Below, piece by piece: positions 48,123-60,286 of a stretch of DNA of 64,000 nucleotides. A program made the translations under genes and the position numbers. A model generated the notes under the pieces. That model did no database searches and was not told where the DNA came from. It was given only the letters and a program-made list of their open reading frames with translations. Origin of the DNA: Dehalococcoidia bacterium (GTDB lineage Bacteria; Chloroflexota; Dehalococcoidia; Bin125); the NCBI GenBank assembly GCA_022828105.1, contig JAJEJC010000001.1:5918-69917 (forward strand), in the 5' to 3' direction. Each line of letters starts with the position of its first letter. Within the stretch, counting starts at the first letter, position 1.

Positions 48123-48229
48123 CCGAGTGTGCAGCGCGATTCGTCTGCGACCCGACGCAGCCGTCGTGATATCGTGGCGCTGAGCTAGCGGGCTTCCGAT
48201 CACGCGGCCCATTCGAACGGAGCGCAATC

Positions 48230-48328
48230 ATGAAGCGAGTTTTGGGTATTGGTGCAGTGCTCGCGGCGTTGGCGGCTATCGCCCGCGTCGTGATGGGCCG
48301 ACGCCGCGACGCGGAGGATGAGGCGTAG
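48230..48328 (+). CDS. possible 32-aa single-TM mini-protein
   Basis: ATG after GGAGCGCAATC. MKRVLGIGAVLAALAAIARVVMGRRRDAEDEA. Below the track size cut-off, read manually. Confidence 0.3.
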   Translation: MKRVLGIGAVLAALAAIARVVMGRRRDAEDEA

Positions 48329-48336
48329 CCAGCTCA

Positions 48337-49785
48337 CTGATCCTGGCACTGGATCAGGGCACCTCGTCGAGCCGTGCGCTTGCCTGGGATGAACAGGGAC
48401 GAGTCGTTGCGCTCGCGCAGCGGGCGGTAGCCTCGCGCTACCCGGAGCCGGGCTGGGTGGAGCAATCGGGCCGTGACATCTGGGAGTCTCAGCTCGAAGC
48501 GGCGCGCGCAGTGGTGCGCGAAGTCGGGATTGAGCACGTCCGATCCGTGGCGCTTGCGAATCAGCGGGAAACCTCGCTGATCTGGGATCGTGCATCGCGT
48601 GATCCGATCGGCCCTGCGATTGTCTGGCAATGCCGGCGGACGGCGGGCGCGGCGGCCCACCTGCTCAACGCTCACGGAGACGAGGTCCGCAGCCGCTCGG
48701 GATTGCGCCCCGACGCCTACTTCTCGGGCTTGAAGATCGCCTGGTTGCTCGACCATGTACCGGGAGCGAGGCAGCGCGCGCCCCAGGGCGACCTGGTCGC
48801 GGGCACCGTCGATAGCTGGTTGCTGGCCAACCTCACCGGCGGCGGCGTGTTCGCGACGGATCGGACGAACGCGTCGCGGACGATGCTCTGGAATCTGACC
48901 GAGCGACGCTGGGACGCGGACCTCTGCCGCTGGCAGCGGGTCCCCGAAACGATCTTGCCCGAGGTGCATCCCAGCGCGCACGAGTACGGACACACGGCGG
49001 CGTCGCTGTTCGGCGCGCCGCTGCCGATCCTGGCGGTCGCGGGCGATCAACAGGCCGCTCTGTTTGGGCATGGCATCGTTGAGCCGGGACGCGCCAAGTG
49101 CACCTACGGCACCGGCGCATTCATCCTCACTCACGCCGGCCGTTCGATCGAATCAGCGGCGCCCGCTTCGGGCCTGCTGCTGACCGCGTCGGCGGACGGC
49201 GGACTGGCATACGAAGGCGGAATCTTCACCGCCGGATCGGTGGTGCAGTGGCTGCGCGACGAGTTGCGCCTTGCGCCCACGGCGCCGGATATCTCATCGA
49301 TGGCGGTAGCGGCTGAATCCTCTCAGGGTGTGATGTTGATACCGGCGCTGGCCGGATTGGGCGCGCCGCATTGGGACGCGGACGCTCGCGGCGCGATTCT
49401 GGGCATCACCCGAGGAACGACTCCGGCTCAGATTGCCCGCGCGGCATTAGAATCGATCGCGTTTCGCGTCCGCGAAGTGGTGGAAGCGATGGAGGCGGAG
49501 TGCGGGCAGATCGAGGAGTTGCGGGTCGACGGAGGGATGTCATCCAGCGACGTCCTGCTCCAGATTCAGTCGAACGCGCTGCAACGTTCCATCATCCGGC
49601 CGGCGATCCAGGAGACCACTGCGCTGGGAGCGGCAAGGCTTGCCGCCACGGCGGCGGGTAGCTCGCTCGACGTAAAGGACGCAGAGGATGCGAAGGATCG
49701 CTTCGAACCGAACGGCGAACTGGAGCGAGAGTTCGATCGCTGGACATCGGCTCGGCGCGCGATTCAACACCTCGGGGCCAACTGA
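48337..49785 (+). CDS. glpK: glycerol kinase (start codon uncertain, possibly CTG 48337)
   Basis: Frame open from 48322. LILALDQGTSSSRA (FGGY N-terminal motif) lies upstream of the first ATG/GTG/TTG (48457). Rest is typical GlpK. Confidence 0.8.
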   Translation: MILALDQGTSSSRALAWDEQGRVVALAQRAVASRYPEPGWVEQSGRDIWESQLEAARAVVREVGIEHVRSVALANQRETSLIWDRASRDPIGPAIVWQCRRTAGAAAHLLNAHGDEVRSRSGLRPDAYFSGLKIAWLLDHVPGARQRAPQGDLVAGTVDSWLLANLTGGGVFATDRTNASRTMLWNLTERRWDADLCRWQRVPETILPEVHPSAHEYGHTAASLFGAPLPILAVAGDQQAALFGHGIVEPGRAKCTYGTGAFILTHAGRSIESAAPASGLLLTASADGGLAYEGGIFTAGSVVQWLRDELRLAPTAPDISSMAVAAESSQGVMLIPALAGLGAPHWDADARGAILGITRGTTPAQIARAALESIAFRVREVVEAMEAECGQIEELRVDGGMSSSDVLLQIQSNALQRSIIRPAIQETTALGAARLAATAAGSSLDVKDAEDAKDRFEPNGELEREFDRWTSARRAIQHLGAN

Positions 49786-49787
49786 GT

Positions 49788-51419
49788 ATGGTTCAGGCCA
49801 TGACTACGCCGGACTACGACGTCATCATCATCGGGGGCGGGATCAACGGCGCGGCCGCTGCATCGTCGGTCGCCGCTCGCGGTTACCGCACGCTGGTCCT
49901 GGAACAGAACGACTTCGCTTCCGGCACGACGTCGGCATCGACGAAGCTGATCCACGGCGGTCTGCGCTACCTCGAGACCGGCGACGCGCGATTGGTCCAC
50001 GAGTCCCTGCAATCGCGCGAGCAACTGTTGCGCGAACGCGCGCACCTGGTCAGGCCGATGGGGTTCATCCTGCCGGTCTACGAGGGCGACTCGCGTCCGC
50101 CCTGGTACATCCGATCCGGATTGGCGCTCTACGACTTGCTCTCGCCGCGCAAAGTGTCACCGTGGCACTCCTCGTTCTCGCGGCGCGAGTTGCAGCGCTT
50201 CGAGCCGTCGATTTCGACCGACCGGATGCGTGCGGCCTACCTCTACTTCGACGCTCAGGTCTGGTCTCCGGAGCGGCTGACGCTGGAGTACCTCGCCGAA
50301 GCACGCGCTTCAGGGGCGGATCTGCGCAACCACGCCTCGGTCGACTACCTCATTGTCGACGGGCAGCGGGCACGCGGCGTCGACTTCCATGACGTGCTGA
50401 CCGGACGGCGGTCGACGGCCTCGGCCAGGTTGGTGATCAACGCAGCGGGCCCCTGGGTCGATGCAGTGCTCGACGCCACCGGCCGATCGTTGCAAAAGCG
50501 AATCGGCGGGACGCGGGGATCTCACCTGGTGCTCGATCTCGAGGGCCGCGGTCCCAAACATGCCGTGCTGGCCAGCGCGCAGTCGGACGGACGGCCGATA
50601 TTCGTCACCCCCTGGCTGGATCACCACATCATCGGCACGACCGATGTGCGCGACGACGACGATCCGTCCGACGTGCGGGCCGCGGGTTGGGAGATTGACT
50701 ACCTGATCGCGGAGGCGGCGCGGATCCTCCCAGGTCTCGGCATCGAGCATCGCAATGCGCTCTATGCCTATTCGGGGGTTCGGCCGTTGGCGCGGGCGCG
50801 CGAGGGAGTGTTCGAGGGCGCGATCTCGCGGCGTTCGTTCCTGGTAGACCATTCGTCGGAGGGAGTCGGGCGGCTGCTCTCGATCGTCGGAGGCAAGCTG
50901 ACCACCGCTACGGCGCTCGGTCACAAGGTTGGTTCTGCGGTGGCGCAGCGGATCGGTCGTCCGCGAGCGCGCGGAATCGCAGCATTGCCTGAGATTCCCA
51001 CCAGTCGGGCAGTGTTCTTGCCGCCTGAGACCCAGGAGCATCTGCGCATGGTCTACGGTCCTCGTGCGCCCCAGGTGGCAGCCTACGCGGCGGCCGATCC
51101 GGCCCTGGCCGAACCGGTCTCCAGGCACCACCGCGACATCGGAGCCCAGGTGCAGTACGCCGTCGCTCATGAGAACGCGCGGACGGTCGCCGATGTACTG
51201 CTCCGGCGCACGATCATCGGGCTGACCAGGGACCTTGGTCGCAGCGCCGCCGCCCCGACTGCGGCAATCATGGCTCGGCGGCTCGGATGGTCCGACGAAG
51301 TGCGGGACCAGGCCGTGCGCGACTACTTCGCCGAGTTGCACCGCAGTTATGTCGTGCTCAATCCCGACGTGAACGAGATGTCGACCACTGGCGCGGCGCG
51401 AGCCGCCGAGTCCGAGTAG
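49788..51419 (+). CDS. glpD: FAD-dependent glycerol-3-phosphate dehydrogenase
   Basis: DVIIIGGGINGAAAA, STKLIHGGLRYLE. Directly downstream of glpK. Confidence 0.9.
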   Translation: MVQAMTTPDYDVIIIGGGINGAAAASSVAARGYRTLVLEQNDFASGTTSASTKLIHGGLRYLETGDARLVHESLQSREQLLRERAHLVRPMGFILPVYEGDSRPPWYIRSGLALYDLLSPRKVSPWHSSFSRRELQRFEPSISTDRMRAAYLYFDAQVWSPERLTLEYLAEARASGADLRNHASVDYLIVDGQRARGVDFHDVLTGRRSTASARLVINAAGPWVDAVLDATGRSLQKRIGGTRGSHLVLDLEGRGPKHAVLASAQSDGRPIFVTPWLDHHIIGTTDVRDDDDPSDVRAAGWEIDYLIAEAARILPGLGIEHRNALYAYSGVRPLARAREGVFEGAISRRSFLVDHSSEGVGRLLSIVGGKLTTATALGHKVGSAVAQRIGRPRARGIAALPEIPTSRAVFLPPETQEHLRMVYGPRAPQVAAYAAADPALAEPVSRHHRDIGAQVQYAVAHENARTVADVLLRRTIIGLTRDLGRSAAAPTAAIMARRLGWSDEVRDQAVRDYFAELHRSYVVLNPDVNEMSTTGAARAAESE

Positions 51420-51437
51420 GTTCGCGGTCAGTCGCCG

Positions 51438-53708
51438 TCAGCCGGCGGCAGGGAGCCTCCAGCGTCCGAGGCGGAGCGCGTTGCCGAGCACCGACATGGA
51501 ACTGGCCACCATCGCGAGGGCCGCCGCGATCGGCTCGAACTGCCCGCGTTCGCCGAACAACCAGCCCAGGCCGCCGGACACGCCGCCGAGCGCGTCGAAG
51601 ATCGGTACCGCAAGCCCGGCGGCGAGCGGGATCAAGAGGATGTTGTAGCCAAACGCGAAGCCCAGATTCTGGCGGATCACGCGTCGAGTCGCGTGGCCAA
51701 GCAACACCGCCTGCGCGGCTCGCAAGGGATTGGACTGCATCAGGGTGACTTGCGCGGTCTCGACGGCGACATCGGAGCCCGTTCGCATCGACATGCCCAA
51801 CTCGGCCTCGGCAAGCGCAGGCGCGTCGTTGACGCCGTCCCCGACCATGACAACACGCTTGCCGCTCGCCTGCAAGTCCGCCACCAGGGCCGACTTCTCG
51901 GTCGGCAAGACCTGGGCATGGACCCGGTCGATACCGATCTGACGACCGACCTCACGGGCCGACATCTCAGTGTCGCCGCTGATCAGAACCGACTCCAGAC
52001 CGCGCCTGCGCAGCAAGTCAACCGCCTCTGCCGCTCCATCCTTGACGTAGTCGCCGAGCTGGATCACGCCAATCAGTTCGCCGCCACTGGCGACGTAGAC
52101 GGGCGTCGTCGGGCGTTCTTCCTCGCTGACCTCGATGCCCAACGCGGACATCAACTTGGCGTTGCCGACTGCGAGATCGCGCCCCTGTATCTGGCCGCTC
52201 GCGCCTCTCCCGGGATGTGATGTGAACCCGGAGATATCCAGCGGCGAGAGTTCCAGGCTGTCGACATGAGCCACGATTGCAGCGGCAAGCGGATGCTCGG
52301 ATTGCCGCTCAATCGAATCGGCGAGCTGAAGCAACTCCTGCTCGGTCACGCCGAATGCTTCAACCGAGGTCACTTCGTGCCGGCCACTGGTCAGGGTGCC
52401 TGTCTTGTCCCAGGCCACGGTGTCTACCCGGCCGGCTGCCTCCAGCGCCTCAGCGTCGCGAAAGAGTATGCCAAGCGATGCGGCGCGTCCCGCGCCGGCC
52501 GCAATTGCCGCAGGCGTCGCCAGACCCAGTGCGCAGGGACAGGCGACGACGAGCACCGCGACCGAGCTGAGCACGGCGCCGGTCCAGCTTGCGTCATTAC
52601 CCAGTAGTCCCCAGGCAACAAAAGTGATGACCGCAACCAGGATCACGATCGGCACGAACACGGACGCGATCCGGTCGGCGAGTCTCTGCACGGGAGCCTT
52701 CGACGATTGCGCCCGCTCGACCGCGGCCGTGATTCGCGCCAGCGCGGTCTCCGTTCCGACCTGCGTGGCCCGATAGCTGAACGCGCCATCGAGATTGATC
52801 GTCCCTGCGTACACGCCGTCGGTGGGACCCTTGGCAACCGGTAAGCTCTCGCCGGTCAGCGCGGCCTGGTCGACGGAGCTTTGACCGCTGGCAACCGTGC
52901 CGTCAACCGGAATCAGCTCGCCGGGCCGGACCAGCACAAGGTCGCCGACCTCGACCTCGGAGGCAGGTACGTCCCGCTCGACGCCGTCGGACGAGATGCG
53001 CGCGGTCTGCGGAGCGAGCTCCAGCAGGCGCGTCAATGCAGATGCGGCCAGTTGCCGCACGCGAGCCTCGAGCGCGCGGCCGAGACCGACGAAGCCGACG
53101 ATGATCAACGCCGTGTCGAAAAACACATCGCGCGCCGCGCCGGCCGACTCAAACGCCGCGGGCACGAGCGTTGCCGCCGCGCCGTAGCCCCAGGCGGCGA
53201 ACACGCCGATCACAATCAGCGTGTCCATGTCCGTGCTGCGGCGCATGGCGGCGAGCCAGGCCCGACGCAGCATTGGCCAGAGGCTCCAGGCGAGGATCGG
53301 CGAAGCGACGGCAAGCAAGACTGGATGCAGGATGTCGGGACTCCACCCGAACTCGCCCCAACGATTCGCCTGCATCGCGAAGAAGATGCCCCAGCCGACG
53401 ATTAACGCCGGCAACGCGCGACTGAGCATGGGGAGTAGATCCGGGGCTGCGACCGCGCCGTCATCGTCCGCCTGATCGAGCAGTTCGTATCCCGCGCCGC
53501 TGATCGCGGCGCTGAGCGCGGCGCGATCGGGGTCGCCGTCGACTCCAATCACCGCACGCCCGGCGAGAAAATCCGCCGAAGCGTCGACGACGCAGTCCAC
53601 CTTGACCAGGGCTCGCTCGACTCGCCGCACGCAGGCGGCGCAGTGCATTCCGTCGATGCGCAAGGTCTCGGTCCGTGACGCGTTGGCCGTGGTCATCGAT
53701 TGCAGCAT
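51438..53708 (-). CDS. copA: heavy-metal (copper-type) translocating P1B-type ATPase
   Basis: HMA domain [15 protein letters not shown] motif ([11 protein letters not shown]), [17 protein letters not shown]. Start at 53708 or 53696. Confidence 0.85.
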   Translation of the reverse strand: MLQSMTTANASRTETLRIDGMHCAACVRRVERALVKVDCVVDASADFLAGRAVIGVDGDPDRAALSAAISGAGYELLDQADDDGAVAAPDLLPMLSRALPALIVGWGIFFAMQANRWGEFGWSPDILHPVLLAVASPILAWSLWPMLRRAWLAAMRRSTDMDTLIVIGVFAAWGYGAAATLVPAAFESAGAARDVFFDTALIIVGFVGLGRALEARVRQLAASALTRLLELAPQTARISSDGVERDVPASEVEVGDLVLVRPGELIPVDGTVASGQSSVDQAALTGESLPVAKGPTDGVYAGTINLDGAFSYRATQVGTETALARITAAVERAQSSKAPVQRLADRIASVFVPIVILVAVITFVAWGLLGNDASWTGAVLSSVAVLVVACPCALGLATPAAIAAGAGRAASLGILFRDAEALEAAGRVDTVAWDKTGTLTSGRHEVTSVEAFGVTEQELLQLADSIERQSEHPLAAAIVAHVDSLELSPLDISGFTSHPGRGASGQIQGRDLAVGNAKLMSALGIEVSEEERPTTPVYVASGGELIGVIQLGDYVKDGAAEAVDLLRRRGLESVLISGDTEMSAREVGRQIGIDRVHAQVLPTEKSALVADLQASGKRVVMVGDGVNDAPALAEAELGMSMRTGSDVAVETAQVTLMQSNPLRAAQAVLLGHATRRVIRQNLGFAFGYNILLIPLAAGLAVPIFDALGGVSGGLGWLFGERGQFEPIAAALAMVASSMSVLGNALRLGRWRLPAAG

Positions 53709-53739
53709 ATGTCGCTGCGACTGCGGGTAGCCTGAGCAC

Positions 53740-54963
53740 ATGCCGCGCGTGATGCTCCTGATACCCACCGCTTCCTATCGCGCGCCCGACTTCATGTCGG
53801 CAGCGGACAAGCTCGGTCTCGACGTGGTCGTTGCCTCGGACATCGATCAGCCGCTGGCCGACATGTATCCGGGCCGCTGGCTCACGCTGCCGTACCACGA
53901 CATCGCCCGCGGCGCGCAGGCGGTCGCCCGATACGCCGACCGCTTTCCCCTCGACGCGGTCGTGGCCGTCGACGATCCCGGCGCCATCCTGGCCGCCCAC
54001 GCCAGCGCCGAGCTGCAACTCACCGGCAACTCACCGGAGTCGGTGATTGGCACGCGAGACAAGTCAGAGTTACGCCGCGCGCTGGAGTCGCACGGCGTGC
54101 GCTCGCCGAGTTGGCAGGTCTGCCGCTTCGATGACGAGCCGCCGCTCGACGGATTGGAGTTTCCGGTCGTGGTCAAGCCGTTGGGCCTGAACGGCTCGCG
54201 CGGCGTAATCCGGGCCAACGACGAAGCGTCGCTGCGACGGGCGATCGAGCGGCTGCGCCTGCTGTTGAGCACGAAGTCTGCCGCCGAGGAGTGCGGCGAA
54301 CTGGCCGATCGCTACTTGATCGAGGGCTACATCCCGGGCTCGGAAGTGGCGCTCGAGGGGCTGCTGCGCGATGGCGAGCTGCACACCCTGGCAGTGTTCG
54401 ACAAACCCAACCCGCTGCACGGACCGTTCTTCGAAGAAACGATCTACGTCACGCCGTCGCGGCTTCCGGAAACGCAGATCGCAGAAGTCGTGGCGACCGC
54501 GCGGATGTCGGCGCAGGCGCTGGGCCTGCACGACGGACCGCTGCACGCGGAGTTGCGGCTCAACGACGAAGGCGCCTGGCCGGTCGATGTCGCTGCTCGC
54601 ACGATCGGCGGGCTGTGCGCGCGGACGCTGCGCTTCGGGGCGGGAATGTCGCTGGAGGAAATCGTGTTGCGGCACGCGATCAATGCGCCGCTCGCCTCGC
54701 TGAATCGCGAGTCAAGGGCGGCCGGCGTGATGATGATGCCGATCGTCGGCCGGGGACGCATCCGCGCGATCCGAGGACTGGACGAAGCCGCAGCGGTTCC
54801 CTTGATCGAGGAGATCGAAATGGAGGCCCGGGTCGGCGACATGCTGGTCCCGCTGCCCGAAGGCGCCGACTATCCCGGCTTCATCTTCGCCCGAGGCGAA
54901 GACCCCGCTGAGGTGGAGTCGGCGCTGCGAGAGGCATGGTCGAAGATCGAGTTTGTGCTGTGA
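53740..54963 (+). CDS. ATP-grasp domain protein (carboxylate-amine ligase-like, substrate unknown)
   Basis: Pre-ATP-grasp plus ATP-grasp layout ([29 protein letters not shown]). 407 aa. Confidence 0.7.
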   Translation: MPRVMLLIPTASYRAPDFMSAADKLGLDVVVASDIDQPLADMYPGRWLTLPYHDIARGAQAVARYADRFPLDAVVAVDDPGAILAAHASAELQLTGNSPESVIGTRDKSELRRALESHGVRSPSWQVCRFDDEPPLDGLEFPVVVKPLGLNGSRGVIRANDEASLRRAIERLRLLLSTKSAAEECGELADRYLIEGYIPGSEVALEGLLRDGELHTLAVFDKPNPLHGPFFEETIYVTPSRLPETQIAEVVATARMSAQALGLHDGPLHAELRLNDEGAWPVDVAARTIGGLCARTLRFGAGMSLEEIVLRHAINAPLASLNRESRAAGVMMMPIVGRGRIRAIRGLDEAAAVPLIEEIEMEARVGDMLVPLPEGADYPGFIFARGEDPAEVESALREAWSKIEFVL

Positions 54964-55460
54964 ACGAACAAGAGCTCATCTCCTGGGTTCAAGAACTGCC
55001 TGCGCCGCAGCGGGATTACTTGCTGGAACTCGCCGTCCCAGAACACCGGTCTGGCATCGACATCGCGGCGACGCAAGAATCGAGAGTTGTCGCCATCTCT
55101 GGATGGGCTCTCGTGGGGATTGGCACATTGGCAGTCGCCGATCTCGTTTCGATATCGACCAGCGCCCAAGGGAGAGCGTCTCTGCTCGCAATCGCTGCAT
55201 CCACCATTGTGTTGCTGGCTGGAGCCTACGCGCTCTGGCCTCGGGACATGGCAATGGGAATCTCGGCGCAGTGGTACGTCGGATCGGACTTGACTGGCGG
55301 ACTATCGATGCACACGCTCAGTCTGGCAGCATTGCTGCGTGCCAACGAAATCAACGACGTGGTCTATGTGCGGCGCGTCGCCGCGCTCAAGGTGATGACG
55401 AGGTTCCTCATCGTGCAAGGTCTGCTGATTGTCGTAAGCGTCATCACCTCAGTTGCCTGA
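54960..55460 (+). CDS. hypothetical membrane protein (about 3 TM)
   Basis: GTG at 54960 overlaps the ATP-grasp stop (GTGA). TM segments WALVGIGTLAVADLV, LLAIAASTIVLLAGAYAL, FLIVQGLLIVVSVI. Lower GC. Confidence 0.55.
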   Translation: MNEQELISWVQELPAPQRDYLLELAVPEHRSGIDIAATQESRVVAISGWALVGIGTLAVADLVSISTSAQGRASLLAIAASTIVLLAGAYALWPRDMAMGISAQWYVGSDLTGGLSMHTLSLAALLRANEINDVVYVRRVAALKVMTRFLIVQGLLIVVSVITSVA

Positions 55461-55559
55461 TCAGAGGCTCTTCTTCACGATCTTAAGGGGCAAAAGACTC
55501 TTCTTGTCGGCATTCTTAGCAATGTTGGAAGAGGAGGCACTCGACTTGCTGCTTGCCAT
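55461..55559 (-). CDS. possible 32-aa Ser/Lys-rich mini-ORF
   Basis: ATG preceded by CCGGAGGGAACGGC. MASSKSSASSSNIAKNADKKSLLPLKIVKKSL. AT-rich patch 33 nt downstream of the MFS gene. Read manually. Confidence 0.3.
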   Translation of the reverse strand: MASSKSSASSSNIAKNADKKSLLPLKIVKKSL

Positions 55560-55592
55560 GCCGTTCCCTCCGGTCATCTCACAGACATCTTA

Positions 55593-56954
55593 TCAACGCT
55601 GTGGCGCGGAGCGGGGAATCAGCCGATTGACTGCAATGGACTCTACTGCTGTTCCTGGAGGCCGGGCGAAGTAGATCGGGATGACGGCCGCGTAGGTCAG
55701 GATTGCGACCAGAGTCAGGGGGACGTCGTAGGAACCGGTCAGATCGTCGAGCAGACCGATCAGCCAGGGTCCGATCCCGCTGGACATCTGCGTCGCCATG
55801 GCAATCATCCCGTAGACCGCGCCGAAGCTGACGTAGCCGAACACATCCGAGGTGAGCAGCGACATCAACATGTAGACGTTGCCAATCGTGAAGCCGAAGG
55901 TGAGCACGGCGACATAGGTCATGGCGGCGCTCTCGAACTGAATCACGACCAGCGCCGCAGTGCCTTGAACGACGAACATGATCACGGTCAAGATGCGCAG
56001 GTCGACGCGGTCGGCGAAGAAGCGTCCGACCACCAGCCGGGCGACAATGCTGCCGAAGGCGAGGATCGAGAGCGTGGTCGTGGCGGCAGTCAGCGATCCG
56101 AGCCGCTCCTCGAGCAGCGCGGTCTGATGGAGGATGAATCCTGTCTGGGCGAGCAGGACGATCAGGAAGCCGGTCATGATCGCCCAGAACGGTACCGTGC
56201 GGGCGGCCTGACTCACCGTCCAGGTCCGCGTCTGATTGGCGGCGGATCGGGCCACATTCGTCGCCACGCGGACGGCAGGACGCAGCCCGTCCTGGGGCAG
56301 GTTCATCTGGCGCGGGTCCCAGACCAGGACGAAGAAGACGATCGGCAGACCGATCACGAGGATCAAACCGGCCATCACCGGGGTCGCGACGCTGAGACCG
56401 AACTGTTCGATCAGGAAGCCGTTGAGCGGCGAGAGCACGACGCCGCCGAGCGAGACGCCGGTCGACGCCATCGCCATGGCCCAGGCCCGGCGCTGCACGA
56501 ACCAGCGCGTGAGCGTCGCGTTGACCGCGACGCCGGCGCTCATCCCCGAGCCCACCGCCAGGACGACGTAGGCGGCAAAGAGCTGCCAGAACTCCTGCAC
56601 CTGGCCGACGGCGCAGGCGGCGACGATGATTAGCAGCAGACCGGGCGCCATCCAGCGCTTCGCGCCCTGGCGGTCGATCCGTGGTCCGACCCAGGCAGCG
56701 GTGATGCCCGAGAACACGAAGTACATGCCCGTCGCCAGCGAGACCAGGCCGTTGCTCCAGCCGTGCATCTCCTGCAGCGGACCGAGGTAGACGGCGAGCC
56801 CGTAGTAGCCGACGCCGACGGAGACGAACATCAGCGCTCCGCAGGCGAACACGATCGCCCACCCGTAGTAGAAGCCGGACGGCAAGAGCCGCGCGGCCAG
56901 CGGCCGCTGCGGCGCCAGGCTGATGTCGTTGCGTACCGTTGGTTGTCTGGTCAT
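55593..56954 (-). CDS. MFS transporter
   Basis: About 12 hydrophobic segments. GPRIDRQGAKRWM loop 2-3 motif-like. 453 aa. Confidence 0.85.
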   Translation of the reverse strand: MTRQPTVRNDISLAPQRPLAARLLPSGFYYGWAIVFACGALMFVSVGVGYYGLAVYLGPLQEMHGWSNGLVSLATGMYFVFSGITAAWVGPRIDRQGAKRWMAPGLLLIIVAACAVGQVQEFWQLFAAYVVLAVGSGMSAGVAVNATLTRWFVQRRAWAMAMASTGVSLGGVVLSPLNGFLIEQFGLSVATPVMAGLILVIGLPIVFFVLVWDPRQMNLPQDGLRPAVRVATNVARSAANQTRTWTVSQAARTVPFWAIMTGFLIVLLAQTGFILHQTALLEERLGSLTAATTTLSILAFGSIVARLVVGRFFADRVDLRILTVIMFVVQGTAALVVIQFESAAMTYVAVLTFGFTIGNVYMLMSLLTSDVFGYVSFGAVYGMIAMATQMSSGIGPWLIGLLDDLTGSYDVPLTLVAILTYAAVIPIYFARPPGTAVESIAVNRLIPRSAPQR

Positions 56955-57073
56955 GGTTGGCTGGTGAGAGCCGATTCAGCATACGACCGAGATCACCGGG
57001 CCAACATCGCGCAGCTGTCTAGACTGCCACCGAACTCACCGAACCTACCAAGCCGCCGGGAAGAGGGAGCGCA

Positions 57074-58197
<1,124 letters not shown>

Positions 58198-58201
<4 letters not shown>

Positions 58202-59577
58202 GTCTCGATCAAGCTGATCGCCGCGCTGTCCCTTGTGTCGCTCATGGGGGCCAACTGGTCCCCCGTGGGTTCGGCTCAACAGAACCAGTCTTCGGTCAGG
58301 CCCGGCTGGTGCAGATGCGGCGCGGGGATGTCGGGCCAGGGTTCCGCGCCCAGTGCATCGCATGCGGCGCGTTTGATCTCGGCGAACGACGCTCCGCGTT
58401 CGGCGAGCGCGGCCACCTGCCCTTGCAGGGCATCCATGCGTGCGTCGGAGTGCCGCCAGTTCCAGGTCAGACCGTCGGCGTCGTAGTCGACCAGCGCGCC
58501 CATCTCGCGCATCGGCACGACCAGCGGCGAGTCCGCGGGCACGAGTAGTCGCAAGCCGAGTTGTACGGGCGGCGTCAGGCCGACGAGCGCTCTCGACTCG
58601 ACGAACCGCAGCAGCGCGAGGTAGTCCTCGGCCGAGGTCCAGGGTGTGAACGGCAACCATGTCGGACGCAACGCGATGCCGGCCGCCTGTGTCGACTGCA
58701 GCACCTCGTCCAGGTCCGATGCCGAGTGGCCCTTGTCGAGCACCTCCAGCAGGCGGTCGTCTACGGACTCGAATGCAGAGGTGATGAACGTCACGCCGAG
58801 TTCGGCCATCTCGGCCAGCATGTCGCCGTGCTCGATCAGGTGCTCGACCTTGATCGTGGCGTCGAAGGTCAGTCCCGGATGCGCCTCGGCCGAGCGGCGC
58901 AGCAGATCAATCGCCAGTTGCGGCGCGTTGAGGAAGTCGGGGTCGCCGAACGTGATGTGTTCGGCGCCGGCGCCGATCTGCTGATCGATGTCGGCGAGCA
59001 CGGTTTCCGCGCCGTTGAGTCGCAGTCGCCCGGCGTAGATCGGCGTCAGCGGGCAGTGCGTGCAGTGGTGCGCGCAGCCGCGCGTCGCCTCGACATGGCC
59101 GGCCAGGTGCGCCACGCCTGAGGCGTCCATGTAACGGGCGTACTCGTCCAACGCAGGCAGCAGCGTGCGATCGGGAACAGGCCTCGCATCGCGGTCGAAG
59201 ACGGGAACAGTCGGCGCATCGCCTCCGTTGGCGAGCGCGACCAGTTGCAGGTCGGTGTCGCCGCTGATCGCACGACCGATGCCCAGCTCGCGAAGCGAGT
59301 TGGCGGCGAGTCCGTAGAACACGATCTTTTCCGACATCGATTCGATCTGACGTGCGATGCGGATGCCGAGCCGCGCCGCCGTGTGCATCGGCGTCGAGAT
59401 GCCAATCAGGTCCGCAGCATCAGCGGCCTCGGCGAGCCGCTCGGCGCTGACCGACTCGACGGCGAGATCAAGCGCCGAGACTTGATGACCGGCCGCTCGA
59501 AGGGCCGCCGCAGGCGCGGCAATCCCCAGCGGCTGGTGCCCTTGCTCGTACGTGGAAATCAGGAGGACGCGCGCCAT
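58198..59577 (-). CDS. CUAEP-tail B12-binding-domain radical SAM selenoprotein (in-frame TGA = Sec at 58276-58278)
   Basis: CxxxCxxC (CAHHCTHC). B12-binding-like N-terminus MARVLLISTYEQGHQPLG. The track ORF stops at ...DWFC-TGA, and read-through gives C-U-A-E-P plus 22 codons to TAA 58198-58200. SECIS-like hairpin lies 11 nt downstream. Confidence 0.75.
58246..58264 (-). promoter_or_regulatory. bacterial SECIS-like hairpin
   Basis: Minus strand GGGGG-A-CC-AGUU-GG-CCCCC starts 11 nt after the UGA. GU in the apical loop and one bulged A. Confidence 0.6.
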
Positions 59578-59605
59578 TGGACGGCTGTCCAGGCTGTCGA
59601 CCGGC

Positions 59606-60214
59606 CTACTTCTTCGAGGGCTTGTAGTAGGGGTTCTCGCCCGACTGGTGATCGGTGACGTCGACCAGTTCCTCGATCTCGGGGAGCTGCTCTTTGACCG
59701 CAACCTCGATGCCCTGCTTGAGGGTGACATTGGCCATGCCGCAGCCCTGGCAGCCGCCGCCCATCTCGATGTAGGCCCTGGAACCTTGCACCTCGAGCAA
59801 CTGCACGAAGCCGCCGTGGGCGGCGATCTGCGGGTTGACCTGCTCGTCGAAGATGCGCTGAATCTCCTGAGCCAGCGGGTCGCGCCAGACGGGATTGGGA
59901 TTCGCAAACTCAAGGCCGGAGACGTTGGGGCCTTTGAACTCGTAGTGGACGGCAGTGCCGCGTAGGTCCTCGATCCGTTCGCCTTCGACGTAGAGCAGGA
60001 AATCGGGGTACTGCACGATCGCGTCGCCGGAGGGCTCGTATCCTCTCTCGACGATCGTCAGGACGTGTTCAAAGCCCTCAGAGGTGCGGCCGTTGATCTT
60101 CAGCCGCAGACCCGCCACTTCTTCCGGATAACCGGTCAAGACCTCGACCAACTTCTCGCGAGCCACCTCGGAAAAGGTGATGCCCAGATCGCCTGTCAGC
60201 GCCTCGGTTGTCAT
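59606..60214 (-). CDS. NfuA-like Fe-S cluster carrier (degenerate A-type N-domain plus Nfu C-domain)
   Basis: C-terminal IAAHGGFVQLLEV...GGGCQGCGMA CxxC Nfu motif. N-terminal HesB-like region without Cys. Start at 60214 or 60238. Confidence 0.75.
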   Translation of the reverse strand: MTTEALTGDLGITFSEVAREKLVEVLTGYPEEVAGLRLKINGRTSEGFEHVLTIVERGYEPSGDAIVQYPDFLLYVEGERIEDLRGTAVHYEFKGPNVSGLEFANPNPVWRDPLAQEIQRIFDEQVNPQIAAHGGFVQLLEVQGSRAYIEMGGGCQGCGMANVTLKQGIEVAVKEQLPEIEELVDVTDHQSGENPYYKPSKK

Positions 60215-60286
60215 TGCCTGCTCCCGTCCCGAACTCATTATCTAGCATAGCGTTCGGTCAGGTTGGATTTGTGACGGGAGCGCGAC

